Shown piece by piece: positions 48,095 through 57,472 of a stretch of 64,000 nt of DNA; positions within the stretch are counted from its first letter, which is position 1, and every line of letters starts with the position of its first letter. The DNA is taken from positions 7,124 to 71,123 of the forward strand of contig JAZKZH010000005.1 in assembly GCA_045612545.1 (NCBI GenBank). The letters are read 5' to 3'. Position numbers and translations under genes: made by a program. The DNA is from Eubacteriales bacterium (lineage in GTDB: Bacteria > Bacillota > Clostridia > Oscillospirales > CAG-382). The notes beneath the pieces are model-generated. The model searched no databases, was not told where the DNA came from, and saw only the letters and a list, made by a program, of their open reading frames with translations.

Positions 48095-49137
48095 AATTTG
48101 AAAAACATATTGATTTTCTGCTAAAAAACGCCTGTACAAGCATCAGATTTCTCGTACACCGTGATCTTCTGCACACCTCCTTGGAGGAGCCTTTCATGCA
48201 GGAGATGCGAAAAGAGATCCTTTTGCAGGAAAACGTGCAAAAGCATTTGAACGCCCAATTTTTGGACGGCTGGTTTGGCACGGAGCTTCACGGCGGAGAC
48301 TACAGCATGGAGCGTTCCATCGGCACCCTGCTGAACGCGGGAATCGAAAAGGAACACCCCGCCATTCAGCAGGGCATCCACGCGTTGATCACCCCTGCCA
48401 TTGCCGGGAATCACAAAAACTGGTTCCACGGCGGCGACGGCTTGGACGCGGAGGGCAGAGGGGGCAATAACGCCATCGTGGCAAAGATCCTCTCCTGGGT
48501 GGGGTACGACGAAAGCTACCCCGTTTTGGCAGAACAGATCGCCCTTTCCTGGGAGCACCTTTCCTCCGTGCCCGGGTATTCTTCCATAGAAGATTTCACA
48601 AAGAAGGGTAAGGATCAGCGGTACTACAAGCCCTACGCCCGCTTTCCGGGGGCGAATCACATCCAGCTTCTGAACGCCACCCAAAGCTGGCGTACGGAGG
48701 GGCGGATGACGCTTGCCAAAGAGGCGGCAAAGCACGCCTATGAACTGATGAAGGACGTAGACGAATTCATCACCTTCAAGAAGCCCGCAGCCTTCGGCGG
48801 CAGCTTCGTGGGGCCCTTCAACTACAACTGGAAGGGCTTGAAGCCCGTGGACGAAGCGGGGCTTTATCGGATCATCAACGATCCCTATAACTTCGAGTTT
48901 GCCTTCTGGCTTGGCTTTGTTTCCGGCGTGCCGGATTGGGTCAGACAGGATGACGGCACGTATTACGTGCTGGCGGACTTTTTGGAACGGGCGGACAAGG
49001 TAGACCTGATCCCCGAGCGGGTGTTCTCCTGCTTCCGCAGGGTGATGGGCAAAGAGCCTAATTACCGCAAACGCACCGCCGCCCGGTGCGATCTGACCTA
49101 CGCGCTGTTGCGAGCCGTCTGGAACGTGTTAGAGTAA
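48091..49137 (+). CDS. hypothetical protein (helical repeat, no recognisable motif)
   Basis: 348 aa from the ATG at 48091 (ATGA overlap with the upstream stop). Coding-like composition. Function unknown. Confidence 0.6.
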   Translation: MKFEKHIDFLLKNACTSIRFLVHRDLLHTSLEEPFMQEMRKEILLQENVQKHLNAQFLDGWFGTELHGGDYSMERSIGTLLNAGIEKEHPAIQQGIHALITPAIAGNHKNWFHGGDGLDAEGRGGNNAIVAKILSWVGYDESYPVLAEQIALSWEHLSSVPGYSSIEDFTKKGKDQRYYKPYARFPGANHIQLLNATQSWRTEGRMTLAKEAAKHAYELMKDVDEFITFKKPAAFGGSFVGPFNYNWKGLKPVDEAGLYRIINDPYNFEFAFWLGFVSGVPDWVRQDDGTYYVLADFLERADKVDLIPERVFSCFRRVMGKEPNYRKRTAARCDLTYALLRAVWNVLE

Positions 49138-49150
49138 CAAAGGAGGCATT

Positions 49151-49858
49151 ATGAACCTGCAAGGCTATTTAGACTACATCAATACCCCGTGGGGGAGGTT
49201 ATTTTACCGCTTGGTATGGAAGGACTTGAACTTCAAAGGCTTGCGTATTTTGGATTTCGGAAGCGGGTTTGGCGTGACGGCAAGCCGCATGGCGGCAGAA
49301 AACCAAGTGACCGCCGTAGAGCCCAATGCCGAAATGCTTCTCCACACGGTGCGGGAGCATCCTTACGCCCAAATCGTGGGTGGGATAGAGCAGCTTGCGC
49401 AGTTTGCGGACGGGAGCTTTGACGTTATCCTGTGCCACAACGTGTTGGAATATGCTACGGAGCGGGAGGCGATCCTGCGGGAATTCGGAAGACTTTTGAA
49501 GGTCGGCGGAGTTCTCTCCGTGGTGAAGCACAACCCTGCGGGAAAGGTGTTCCACAAGGCGGTGTTCGAGAACAACACGGAGGAAGCCCTTTCCCTGCTT
49601 ATGGGCGGTTCCGCCGTCTCGGTAAACTTCGGAGAAGTGAAGGAATATTCCCCGGAAGACCTTGCCGCATGGTGCGGGGATAGGTTTGAAGTGGAAAAGA
49701 CGGTGGGGATCCGTACGTTCTACGGACTGCAGAAAAACGAGTGGAAGCTTGAAGACGGCTGGGAGGACAGGCTTTTTGAGCTGGAATCCGCCGCAGGGGA
49801 GCTCCCTGTGTTCCGAGATGTAGCGTTTTTCCATCACGTGATATTGAGAAGGAAGTAA
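49151..49858 (+). CDS. class I SAM-dependent methyltransferase
   Basis: 235 aa. Motif I ILDFGSGFG. Post-I acidic residue. Confidence 0.8.
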   Translation: MNLQGYLDYINTPWGRLFYRLVWKDLNFKGLRILDFGSGFGVTASRMAAENQVTAVEPNAEMLLHTVREHPYAQIVGGIEQLAQFADGSFDVILCHNVLEYATEREAILREFGRLLKVGGVLSVVKHNPAGKVFHKAVFENNTEEALSLLMGGSAVSVNFGEVKEYSPEDLAAWCGDRFEVEKTVGIRTFYGLQKNEWKLEDGWEDRLFELESAAGELPVFRDVAFFHHVILRRK

Positions 49859-49862
49859 ATTG

Positions 49863-49896
49863 ACGCAAGAGAGAGGAGACTTTCTCTTGCGTTTTT
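49863..49896 (+). terminator. intrinsic terminator
   Basis: ACGCAAGAGA/TCTCTTGCGT stem followed by TTTTT. Confidence 0.75.
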
Positions 49897-50427
49897 ACGT
49901 TGGTGGTATGAGGTGATATATAGACTCAACCTACCCCATCCGTCACCCTTGAGCTCAGGTTTGCAAGCGAAACCGTAAGGGACACCGTCACCCTGAGCAA
50001 GCGCGGGTCGTAGTCCCGGTGGCTACACACTGCAATACATCTCCGCGCGCGTCGAAGTTTTGCTTTTTGAAATTGCCCTGTGTCTTTGGATACGTAGTTC
50101 CTTTTTCGGCAATTTCGAAAAGCAAAACCGCAAGGGGTCTCCTCAAAGTCTGATCTACCCCTACATAGGTAAACTTACGTCTTTTTATGATGAAACAGTT
50201 CTTTCGTTACAAAAAGATTCATCAGACTCTCGATAGATCCCGCCTGCGGCGCCTTTTGATGCTCGGTGCCTCGCACCTCGACTACAAAAAGTTCGACGCG
50301 TGCGGAAAAATGTCTCTATTGCAGCCACAACAACTACATTCCGCACGACCAACCCGCAGGGTTGGTATGCTCAGAGATGACGGTTGAAGTGGGTTTGATC
50401 TGCGCACAACCTTATACCACCGACGTA
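49897..50427. other. IR-bounded, highly structured 530-bp non-coding segment (MITE or large ncRNA candidate)
   Basis: Ends ACGTTGGTGGTATGAGGT and AACCTTATACCACCGACGT are inverted repeats. Internal 21-bp inverted repeat GTTTTGCTTTTTGAAATTGCC/GGCAATTTCGAAAAGCAAAAC and several further hairpins. No credible ORF. Confidence 0.5.
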
Positions 50428-50525
50428 AAAGATTTTCCAAAAACATCGCTTCCCTCTTGCGTTTTTGCGCTTTTTCGGCTATACTACTTCTCGGAAAGAA
50501 ATGTCTTACAGAAAGGAAAGCAACC

Positions 50526-51677
50526 ATGTATATCTCGGAAGATATCCGTTACATCGGTGTCAACGACAAAAAGATCGATCTCTTTGAGGGGCAATATGCC
50601 GTCCCAAACGGAATGTCCTATAATTCCTACGCCATCATGGACGAAAAGGTAGCCATTATGGACACGGTGGATGCGAACTTCACCCGTGAATGGCTGGACA
50701 ATATTCAGAATACTCTTGGCCACCGCAAGCCCGATTACCTTGTGGTTCAGCACATGGAGCCGGATCACTCCGCAAACATTTCGGAATTCGCAAAGGCGTA
50801 CCCGGAGTGTGTAATCGTCTCCTCGGCAAAGGCCTTTGCCATGATGCAGAACTTCTTCGGCACGGACTTTGCAGACCGCCGTATCGTAGTGGGCGAGGGG
50901 GACACGCTGTCCTTGGGCAAGCACGTCCTCACCTTTGTCACCGCCCCCATGGTGCATTGGCCGGAGGTCATCGTCACCTACGACAGCTGTGACAAGGTGC
51001 TGTTCTCCGCCGACGGCTTCGGCAAGTTTGGCGCGTGGGATGCAGACGAGCCTTGGGAGGACGAATCCCGCCGTTATTTCATCGGTATTGTAGGCAAGTA
51101 CGGCGCCCAAGTGCAGGCCCTTCTCAAAAAGGCGGCAGGGCTGGATATCGCTGTGATCTGTCCCCTGCACGGCCCTGTTTTGCAGGAAAATTTGGGGCAT
51201 TATCTGAATCTTTACCACATCTGGTCCTCCTACCAACCCGAGGAGGAGGGGGTCGTCATCGCCTATACCTCCATCTACGGTAACACCCGTAAGGCGGTGA
51301 TGCTGTTGGCGGACAAGCTGAAGGAGCAGGGCTGTTCCAATGTGGTCGTTCACGATTTGGCGAGATGTGACACAGCTTTGGCGGTGGCGGATGCCTTCCG
51401 TTACAGCAAGCTGGTTTTGGCAACCACCACCTACAACGCAGAGATTTTCCCCTTTATGCGCACCTTTATCACCCATTTGACAGAGAGAAACTATCAAAAC
51501 CGCACCGTTGCCCTGATGGAAAACGGAACCTGGGCACCCATGGCGGCAAAGGTGATGAAGGGAATGCTGGAAAAGAGCAAGAATCTGACCTTCACGGAGA
51601 CCACTGTGAAGATCCTTTCCGCCTTAAGCGACGACAGCATTTCCCAGATCGAAAAGCTGGCAAAAGAGCTTGGGTAA
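50526..51677 (+). CDS. FprA-type flavodiiron protein (O2/NO reductase)
   Basis: Start at MYISEDIRYIG. MBL-like diiron domain (HMEPDHS) plus a C-terminal flavodoxin-like domain. Confidence 0.85.
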   Translation: MYISEDIRYIGVNDKKIDLFEGQYAVPNGMSYNSYAIMDEKVAIMDTVDANFTREWLDNIQNTLGHRKPDYLVVQHMEPDHSANISEFAKAYPECVIVSSAKAFAMMQNFFGTDFADRRIVVGEGDTLSLGKHVLTFVTAPMVHWPEVIVTYDSCDKVLFSADGFGKFGAWDADEPWEDESRRYFIGIVGKYGAQVQALLKKAAGLDIAVICPLHGPVLQENLGHYLNLYHIWSSYQPEEEGVVIAYTSIYGNTRKAVMLLADKLKEQGCSNVVVHDLARCDTALAVADAFRYSKLVLATTTYNAEIFPFMRTFITHLTERNYQNRTVALMENGTWAPMAAKVMKGMLEKSKNLTFTETTVKILSALSDDSISQIEKLAKELG

Positions 51678-51773
51678 AAAAGAATTGCAGGCTTTCCTTT
51701 TTGAGGGAGGCCTTTTCTCTTGCAAAACCCACGGAATTGTGGTATACTTCTGGGGAAGTGAGGAGGTGCTACT

Positions 51774-52577
51774 ATGCAATACGGAAAAACGGTGAGAGGG
51801 AAATTTCTTTCCCGACCCAATCGGTTTATCGCCCACGTGGAGCTCGGCGGCGCAGATACCGTCTGCCACGTAAAGAACACCGGCCGTTGCAAGGAGCTTT
51901 TGACCCCCGGGGCAACCGTGATCTTAGAGGTCTCGGAAAACCCCGCCCGCAAGACGGCCTACGACCTGATTGCCGTCTACAAGGGGGAAAAGCTGATCAA
52001 TATGGATAGCCAAGCCCCCAACAAGGCATTCGGAGAATGGGCAAAGCGCAGCGGCTTCTTCGGCAAGAATCCCCGTGTGACTGCGGAACGCACCTACGGC
52101 GGCAGTCGATTTGATTTCTATATCGAAACGGAGGACGGCAGAAGGATCTTCGTGGAGGTAAAGGGGGTGACCTTGGAGCATGACGGATTGCTCCGCTTCC
52201 CCGATGCCCCCACCGCAAGGGGGACAAAACACCTTCGTGAGCTGATGCAGGCGGTGGAGGAAGGGTATGAAGCCATGATCTTCTTCGTCTCGCAAATGGA
52301 GGATTGCCACCTCTTCTTCCCCAACGACCAAACCGATCCCGCCTTTGCAAACGCCCTGCGGGAGAGCGCCCAGCGCGGGGTGCAGGTGTACTGCGTGAAC
52401 TGCCGTGTCACGGAGGATGCCATGCATATCCATGATTTTATACCCGTGAATTTAACAGAACACGCCCCTTATTGCAGAGGATGCGATCAAGCGGGCGAAC
52501 GTGAATCGCTCCTACATACAAAAAGCAAGTGCGGAGAAAGAAGCAACTTCACCCCCGCCGATACTGACAAAGGATAA
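51774..52577 (+). CDS. sfsA: SfsA family DNA/RNA nuclease (sugar fermentation stimulation protein)
   Basis: N-terminus GKFLSRPNRFIAHVELGG and EVKGVTL motifs typical of SfsA. Confidence 0.85.
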   Translation: MQYGKTVRGKFLSRPNRFIAHVELGGADTVCHVKNTGRCKELLTPGATVILEVSENPARKTAYDLIAVYKGEKLINMDSQAPNKAFGEWAKRSGFFGKNPRVTAERTYGGSRFDFYIETEDGRRIFVEVKGVTLEHDGLLRFPDAPTARGTKHLRELMQAVEEGYEAMIFFVSQMEDCHLFFPNDQTDPAFANALRESAQRGVQVYCVNCRVTEDAMHIHDFIPVNLTEHAPYCRGCDQAGERESLLHTKSKCGERSNFTPADTDKG

Positions 52578-52581
52578 AACC

Positions 52582-53178
52582 ATGAAGCTTTACGACATTA
52601 CCCAAGAGGTTTTCTCTTGCAAAGTATATCCCGGTGATCCCGCGCCGGAAAGGAAAGTGCTTTCCGCCATGGACAAGGGGGATCTTTACAACCTCACCGC
52701 CTTTTCCATGTGCGCCCACAACGGAACTCACATCGACGCCCCTGCCCATTTTATTGGCGGTGGGGACACGGTGGAGCAGATCCCTTTGGAAAAGCTGATC
52801 GGAAACTGCCTTGTGGCGGAGCTTGACGGAGATGTGACCGCCGAGGATGCAAAAAATCTCCTTGTGGGCGGGGCAAAACGCATTCTTTTGAAGGGCAACG
52901 CCGTAGTGACCTTAGAGGCGGCCAATGTGTTTGCCGCAAACGGGCTGTATCTTTTGGGCGTGGAATCCCAGACGGTTGGCCCGGAGAATGCGCCCATGGC
53001 GGTGCATTTGGCATTGCTGGGTGCAAAGGTAGTGCTTTTGGAGGGGGTTCGGCTGGGAGAGATCTCCCCCGGGGAATATCTCCTGATGGCGCAGCCCCTT
53101 GCCCTGGGCGGGGCGGATGGCGCCCCCTGCAGAGCGGTTTTGGGAGAAGCAGAAAGCAATCTCGCCTCGGGACTTTGA
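52582..53178 (+). CDS. cyclase-family protein (arylformamidase-like)
   Basis: Start at MKLYDITQ. HNGTHIDAPAHF metal-binding motif. Confidence 0.8.
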   Translation: MKLYDITQEVFSCKVYPGDPAPERKVLSAMDKGDLYNLTAFSMCAHNGTHIDAPAHFIGGGDTVEQIPLEKLIGNCLVAELDGDVTAEDAKNLLVGGAKRILLKGNAVVTLEAANVFAANGLYLLGVESQTVGPENAPMAVHLALLGAKVVLLEGVRLGEISPGEYLLMAQPLALGGADGAPCRAVLGEAESNLASGL

Positions 53179-53275
53179 TTTTCGTAAGTTTTGCACCTTG
53201 CCTTTCTTATGGGAATGTGGTATGATACCCACGAAGGCTATATATTTATAAATAGGTAGAAAAGGCGGTGAGGCT

Positions 53276-54811
53276 TTGAATCCCAAATTGCGAGAAAAAA
53301 CAATGGAATCCCTGTCGGCGGTGCTTCCCATCACGGGTATCGTGCTGTTCATCAGCGTCTTCCTGGTTCCCATGGAAGTGGGTACGGTCATGCTGTTTTT
53401 GGTAGGCGCGGTAATGCTGATCTTGGGTATGGGCTTCTTCCAATTGGGTGCGGAAATGGCCATGACCCCCATCGGTGAGGGTGTCGGCACCCGTGTCTCC
53501 AAGACCCGATGGGTATGGATCGTTGTTCTCATCGGCTTTTTGATGGGCGCCATCATCACCATTTCCGAGCCTGACCTGCAGATATTGGCTCAGCAGGTTC
53601 CCTCGATTCCCAACATGACCTTGATCCTCACGGTGGCCGTGGGCGTGGGTATTTTCCTTGCCCTGGCGGTGATCCGTATCAAGTACCGTATCAGCCTTTC
53701 CAAATTGCTGATCGTTTTGTATCTGGCATTGATCGGACTTTCCTTTTTCGTACCCGGGGAGTTTTTGGCAGTTGCCTTTGACTCCGGCGGCGTTACCACC
53801 GGCCCTATGACCGTGCCCTTTATCATGGCCATGGGTGTGGGTCTTGCCGCTTCCCGTACCGACAAGGATTCTTCCAGCGACAGCTTCGGCTTGGTGGCGC
53901 TGTCCAGCGTTGGCCCTATTCTGGCGGTGCTGATCCTGGGCTGCTTCTTCCGTCCCACAGAGGCGGCGTACACCATCGGCGTCATTCCCGAGGTTCTGAC
54001 CACCCGCGACGTGGTGTCCCTTTTCGCTTACGAGATCCCTGCCTTCGCATGGGAGGTAACCCTTTCCCTGCTGCCCATTGCGGCGGTGTTCCTGCTGTTC
54101 CAGCTTTTGACCCACCATTATCAAAAGCGTGAGATCAAGCGTATTATCATGGGTGTGCTATACACCTATGCGGGGCTTGTGCTGTTCCTGTGCGGTGTAA
54201 ACGTAGGCTTTGCCCCCGTGGGTACCTTCCTGGGCGAAGCGTTGGCTTCCCTTTCCTACAACTGGGTGATCGTCCCCATCGGCATGCTCATCGGCTACTA
54301 CATCGTCAAAGCAGAGCCTGCCATTCAGGTCTTGAACCGTCAGGTAGAGGGCATCACCAACGGCTCCATCTCCGTCAAGGCTATGAACCGCTGTATGTCC
54401 ATCGGCGTGGCCATCAGTATCGGGTTGGCGCTGACCAGAGTGCTTTTGCAGATCCCGATTTATTGGATCATCATCCCCGGTTATCTTATCGCTTTGGTGA
54501 TGTCCCTGTTCGTGCCCAAGATCTTCGTGGGTATCGCTTTTGACTCCGGTGGCGTTGCCAGCGGACCTATGACCTCCACCTTCCTGCTCCCTTTGAGCCT
54601 TGGCACCTGCACTGCCGTGGGCGGAGATCTTATGCAGGACGCCTTCGGCGTGGTGGCTTTGGTTGCCTTGACCCCGCTGGTCGCCATCCAGATCATGGGT
54701 CTGGCTTATCAGTACAAAACTGCCAAGCTGCAGAAGATGTACGCTGTACATCCCGGCATTACCGCAGAAAGCGACAATATCATCGATTTGGAAGAGGAGG
54801 TACTTGCATGA
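53276..54811 (+). CDS. DUF1538-family polytopic membrane protein
   Basis: 511 aa with an internally duplicated architecture. The FDSGGVTTGPMT and FDSGGVASGPMT motifs each occur once per half. Start uncertain (TTG at 53276 or ATG at 53303). Confidence 0.7.
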   Translation: MNPKLREKTMESLSAVLPITGIVLFISVFLVPMEVGTVMLFLVGAVMLILGMGFFQLGAEMAMTPIGEGVGTRVSKTRWVWIVVLIGFLMGAIITISEPDLQILAQQVPSIPNMTLILTVAVGVGIFLALAVIRIKYRISLSKLLIVLYLALIGLSFFVPGEFLAVAFDSGGVTTGPMTVPFIMAMGVGLAASRTDKDSSSDSFGLVALSSVGPILAVLILGCFFRPTEAAYTIGVIPEVLTTRDVVSLFAYEIPAFAWEVTLSLLPIAAVFLLFQLLTHHYQKREIKRIIMGVLYTYAGLVLFLCGVNVGFAPVGTFLGEALASLSYNWVIVPIGMLIGYYIVKAEPAIQVLNRQVEGITNGSISVKAMNRCMSIGVAISIGLALTRVLLQIPIYWIIIPGYLIALVMSLFVPKIFVGIAFDSGGVASGPMTSTFLLPLSLGTCTAVGGDLMQDAFGVVALVALTPLVAIQIMGLAYQYKTAKLQKMYAVHPGITAESDNIIDLEEEVLA

Positions 54812-55497
54812 AAGAAACCAAAAAGCGGGATTCCTACCGTTTGCTCCTGCTCATAGCTAACCAAAAGCTGGCTGAAAAAGCGGCAGAGCTGTTCCTGGAG
54901 CAAAACCTCCCCATCCAATACCGTCTTGGCGCCAAGGGCACTGCCTCCAGCGAGATCATGGATACCCTGGGCTTCGGTAGCGTGGACAAATACATTCTAA
55001 TGGCCATGGTGCCAAAATCCTTCGGCAGCGAGATGCTTGGCCTTTTGCACACAAAGCTCCGTTTGGACGCGGTGAACAGCGGTATCGCCTTCACCATTCC
55101 CCTGACGGGCGTGACCAACCTTATGCTCCGCATGATGCAAAGCGTGGAGCAGCCGGAACAAAATCTTACGGAAAGAACAGGTGAACACATGATGATAGAA
55201 AACGAACATACCTTGATCGCCGCCATCGTTGAACGCGGATTCAGCGGAAACGTGATGGAAGCCGCCAAGGCGGCAGGCGCGGGAGGCGGCACCGTCCTCC
55301 ACGGCAGAAGCGTCGGCAACGAATCCGCCACCGGATTCTGGGGGCAGAGCTTGCAGGAAAAGGACATCGTTCTGATCCTTGCCCCGCTGGAAAGCAAGGT
55401 TGCCATCATGAGCGCCATCAGCGAGAAGTGCGGTATGCACAGCGATGCAAAAGGCACCGTGATCTCCCTGCCCATCGATCAGGTCATGGGAATCTGA
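54808..55497 (+). CDS. tandem P-II-like (GlnB-fold) signal-transduction protein
   Basis: 229 aa. Two about 100-aa halves, each resembling a P-II fold. 4-nt overlap with the DUF1538 gene. Confidence 0.55.
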   Translation: MKETKKRDSYRLLLLIANQKLAEKAAELFLEQNLPIQYRLGAKGTASSEIMDTLGFGSVDKYILMAMVPKSFGSEMLGLLHTKLRLDAVNSGIAFTIPLTGVTNLMLRMMQSVEQPEQNLTERTGEHMMIENEHTLIAAIVERGFSGNVMEAAKAAGAGGGTVLHGRSVGNESATGFWGQSLQEKDIVLILAPLESKVAIMSAISEKCGMHSDAKGTVISLPIDQVMGI

Positions 55498-55638
55498 GAA
55501 GATATGTGTTTTTACGAGCGGAACTCTTTTTGCAGAAAAAGGGTTCCGCTTTTGCTCTCCGGGGAGAAACGCCCTCATCGCCACAACCTTTTCGGGATAT
55601 AAAAAGCAAAAGCGGAGTGAACTCACTCCGCTTAAGTT

Positions 55639-56667
55639 TTATACAATTCCCAATGCAAATTCAACCCCAAGGGCTACAACAACTACAAGCGCCGATATAA
55701 CGAAGCCATGTATCATAGGTTTGATTCCTGATTTTTTCATATCCTTGAATGACGTGTTGAGACCGATTGCGGCCAGGGCGCAAACCATCAAAAATTTACT
55801 GATCTGTTTTGTCCCGGCAACTATTTCGGCAGGGATGGTGAAGATACTTGCTACAATGGACATCGCCAAAAAGCCTAAAATGAACCAGGGGAAGATTTTG
55901 GCAAAGCTAAAATTGGTTTTAATTTCTTTTTCGTTTTCTCCGCTTTTGATGGCTTCTTTTCTTTTGAGGTTCATTTGAATCAAAGCAAAGGTCAAAACGG
56001 TAGGAATAATGGAAAGAGTGCGGGTGAGCTTCACCATGGTGGCAAAATCGCCGGCGGCCTCAGAAAAAGCATAGCCTGTCGCTACCACGGAAGAGGTATC
56101 GTTAACCGCTGTTCCTGCCCAAATGCCAAAAGCTTCGGCGCTCATACCAATCGCTCTACCCATAATCGGGAACAATACGATCATCGCCATATCGAACAGA
56201 AACGTGGCAGACATAGCGTATGCAACGTCACTGTCCTCGGCGTCAATGGTAGGTGCAATCGCAGCGATGGCCGAACCGCCACAGATTCCCGTTCCTGCAG
56301 AAATAAGGTTGGAGAGCTTCCAGTTTAGCCCCAAAGCCTTGCCGATAAAGTAACCCCCGCCGAAACAGGTGGCGAGCGTAAAAATCATAACCACAAGGGA
56401 CATTTTACCAACGTACAAAATTGTGTTGATGTTCAAAGAAAGACCAAGCAGTATAATGGCAAATTTAAGGATTTTCTTCGATGTAAATTTAACACCCGAC
56501 GCAATAAAGCTTTTCTTGCCAATAAAATGATTGACGATCATACCGATAAACATGGCAATGACGGCTCCGCCAATCAAATGAATCGGCAAAAGATTTTCTA
56601 TAAAAGTTGCCACCGCCGCTATTGCAACCGATAAAGCAATACCCGACAAAAATTTTATCGCTTTCAT
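55639..56667 (-). CDS. YeiH/UPF0324-family membrane protein (putative sulfate-exporter family)
   Basis: 342 aa, polytopic, AT-rich codon usage. Confidence 0.7.
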   Translation of the reverse strand: MKAIKFLSGIALSVAIAAVATFIENLLPIHLIGGAVIAMFIGMIVNHFIGKKSFIASGVKFTSKKILKFAIILLGLSLNINTILYVGKMSLVVMIFTLATCFGGGYFIGKALGLNWKLSNLISAGTGICGGSAIAAIAPTIDAEDSDVAYAMSATFLFDMAMIVLFPIMGRAIGMSAEAFGIWAGTAVNDTSSVVATGYAFSEAAGDFATMVKLTRTLSIIPTVLTFALIQMNLKRKEAIKSGENEKEIKTNFSFAKIFPWFILGFLAMSIVASIFTIPAEIVAGTKQISKFLMVCALAAIGLNTSFKDMKKSGIKPMIHGFVISALVVVVALGVEFALGIV

Positions 56668-56839
56668 AAGAAACTCCCAAAATAAATTTTATATATTGTA
56701 TAACAATATTGTATCACAATATTGTATCACGATCGGCATAAAAAGTAAATAGTCACAGTATATTTTTTCTTGCAATAGGATGAGCTTCCCGATTGAGAAA
56801 TTGAAAAAAAGCGAGGGGAAACACCCCTCGCTTGATGTA

Positions 56840-57322
56840 TCACTGCTTTTCCGCATGATGCTTTTCGGCACAACCGTTGCAAATATTGCGATATCTTGTT
56901 CCCATATCATCTTTGATCTTGCAATATACAAGGCGCTCAAAGTGCTTGCCGCACAGTTCGCATTTCAGTCCGTCAGCCTTCTCAACGTCTACCGCCACTT
57001 CTTCCTTTTCCTCGTCTTTTACTTCGGTAGTTGCATTGGAAGTACGAACTTGATTGTCTGTCTTTGCCGCTTCCGGTGCTATCCGGTTGCGGATTGCGTG
57101 CACGTCTTCCACAAGCTCACCGAAGGCATACAAAAACCAAGAAGATACCCAAGCGAAAAGCGGGATCACGATCCATGAAAGGAAACCGTACAGAATCAAA
57201 TCCTCATCGGTTACCATCAAGACAAAACCCGTAATGAGAGCCGCGATTGCCTCGACCACAAAAAGAATCATCGCCAAAAATTTAATTTTGCCGCCAATGT
57301 TTTTAAAGAATTTTTCGCCCAT
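56840..57322 (-). CDS. hypothetical membrane protein with C-terminal zinc-ribbon
   Basis: Start at the internal ATG (MGEKFFKNIGG). Two TM helices, an acidic linker, and CELCG...CNGC. Confidence 0.5.
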   Translation of the reverse strand: MGEKFFKNIGGKIKFLAMILFVVEAIAALITGFVLMVTDEDLILYGFLSWIVIPLFAWVSSWFLYAFGELVEDVHAIRNRIAPEAAKTDNQVRTSNATTEVKDEEKEEVAVDVEKADGLKCELCGKHFERLVYCKIKDDMGTRYRNICNGCAEKHHAEKQ

Positions 57323-57472
57323 ATACAAAGCCTCCGAAACGTTTTTTCTTTTATTGTAGCACGCAAAAAATAAAATGCAAGACTTTTTGACAAAAAAACA
57401 CGCAACTATTGACTTCCCGGACATCGCGTGCTATAATTTACCCGTAATTTCACCATTTCCAGGAGGCTTCTT

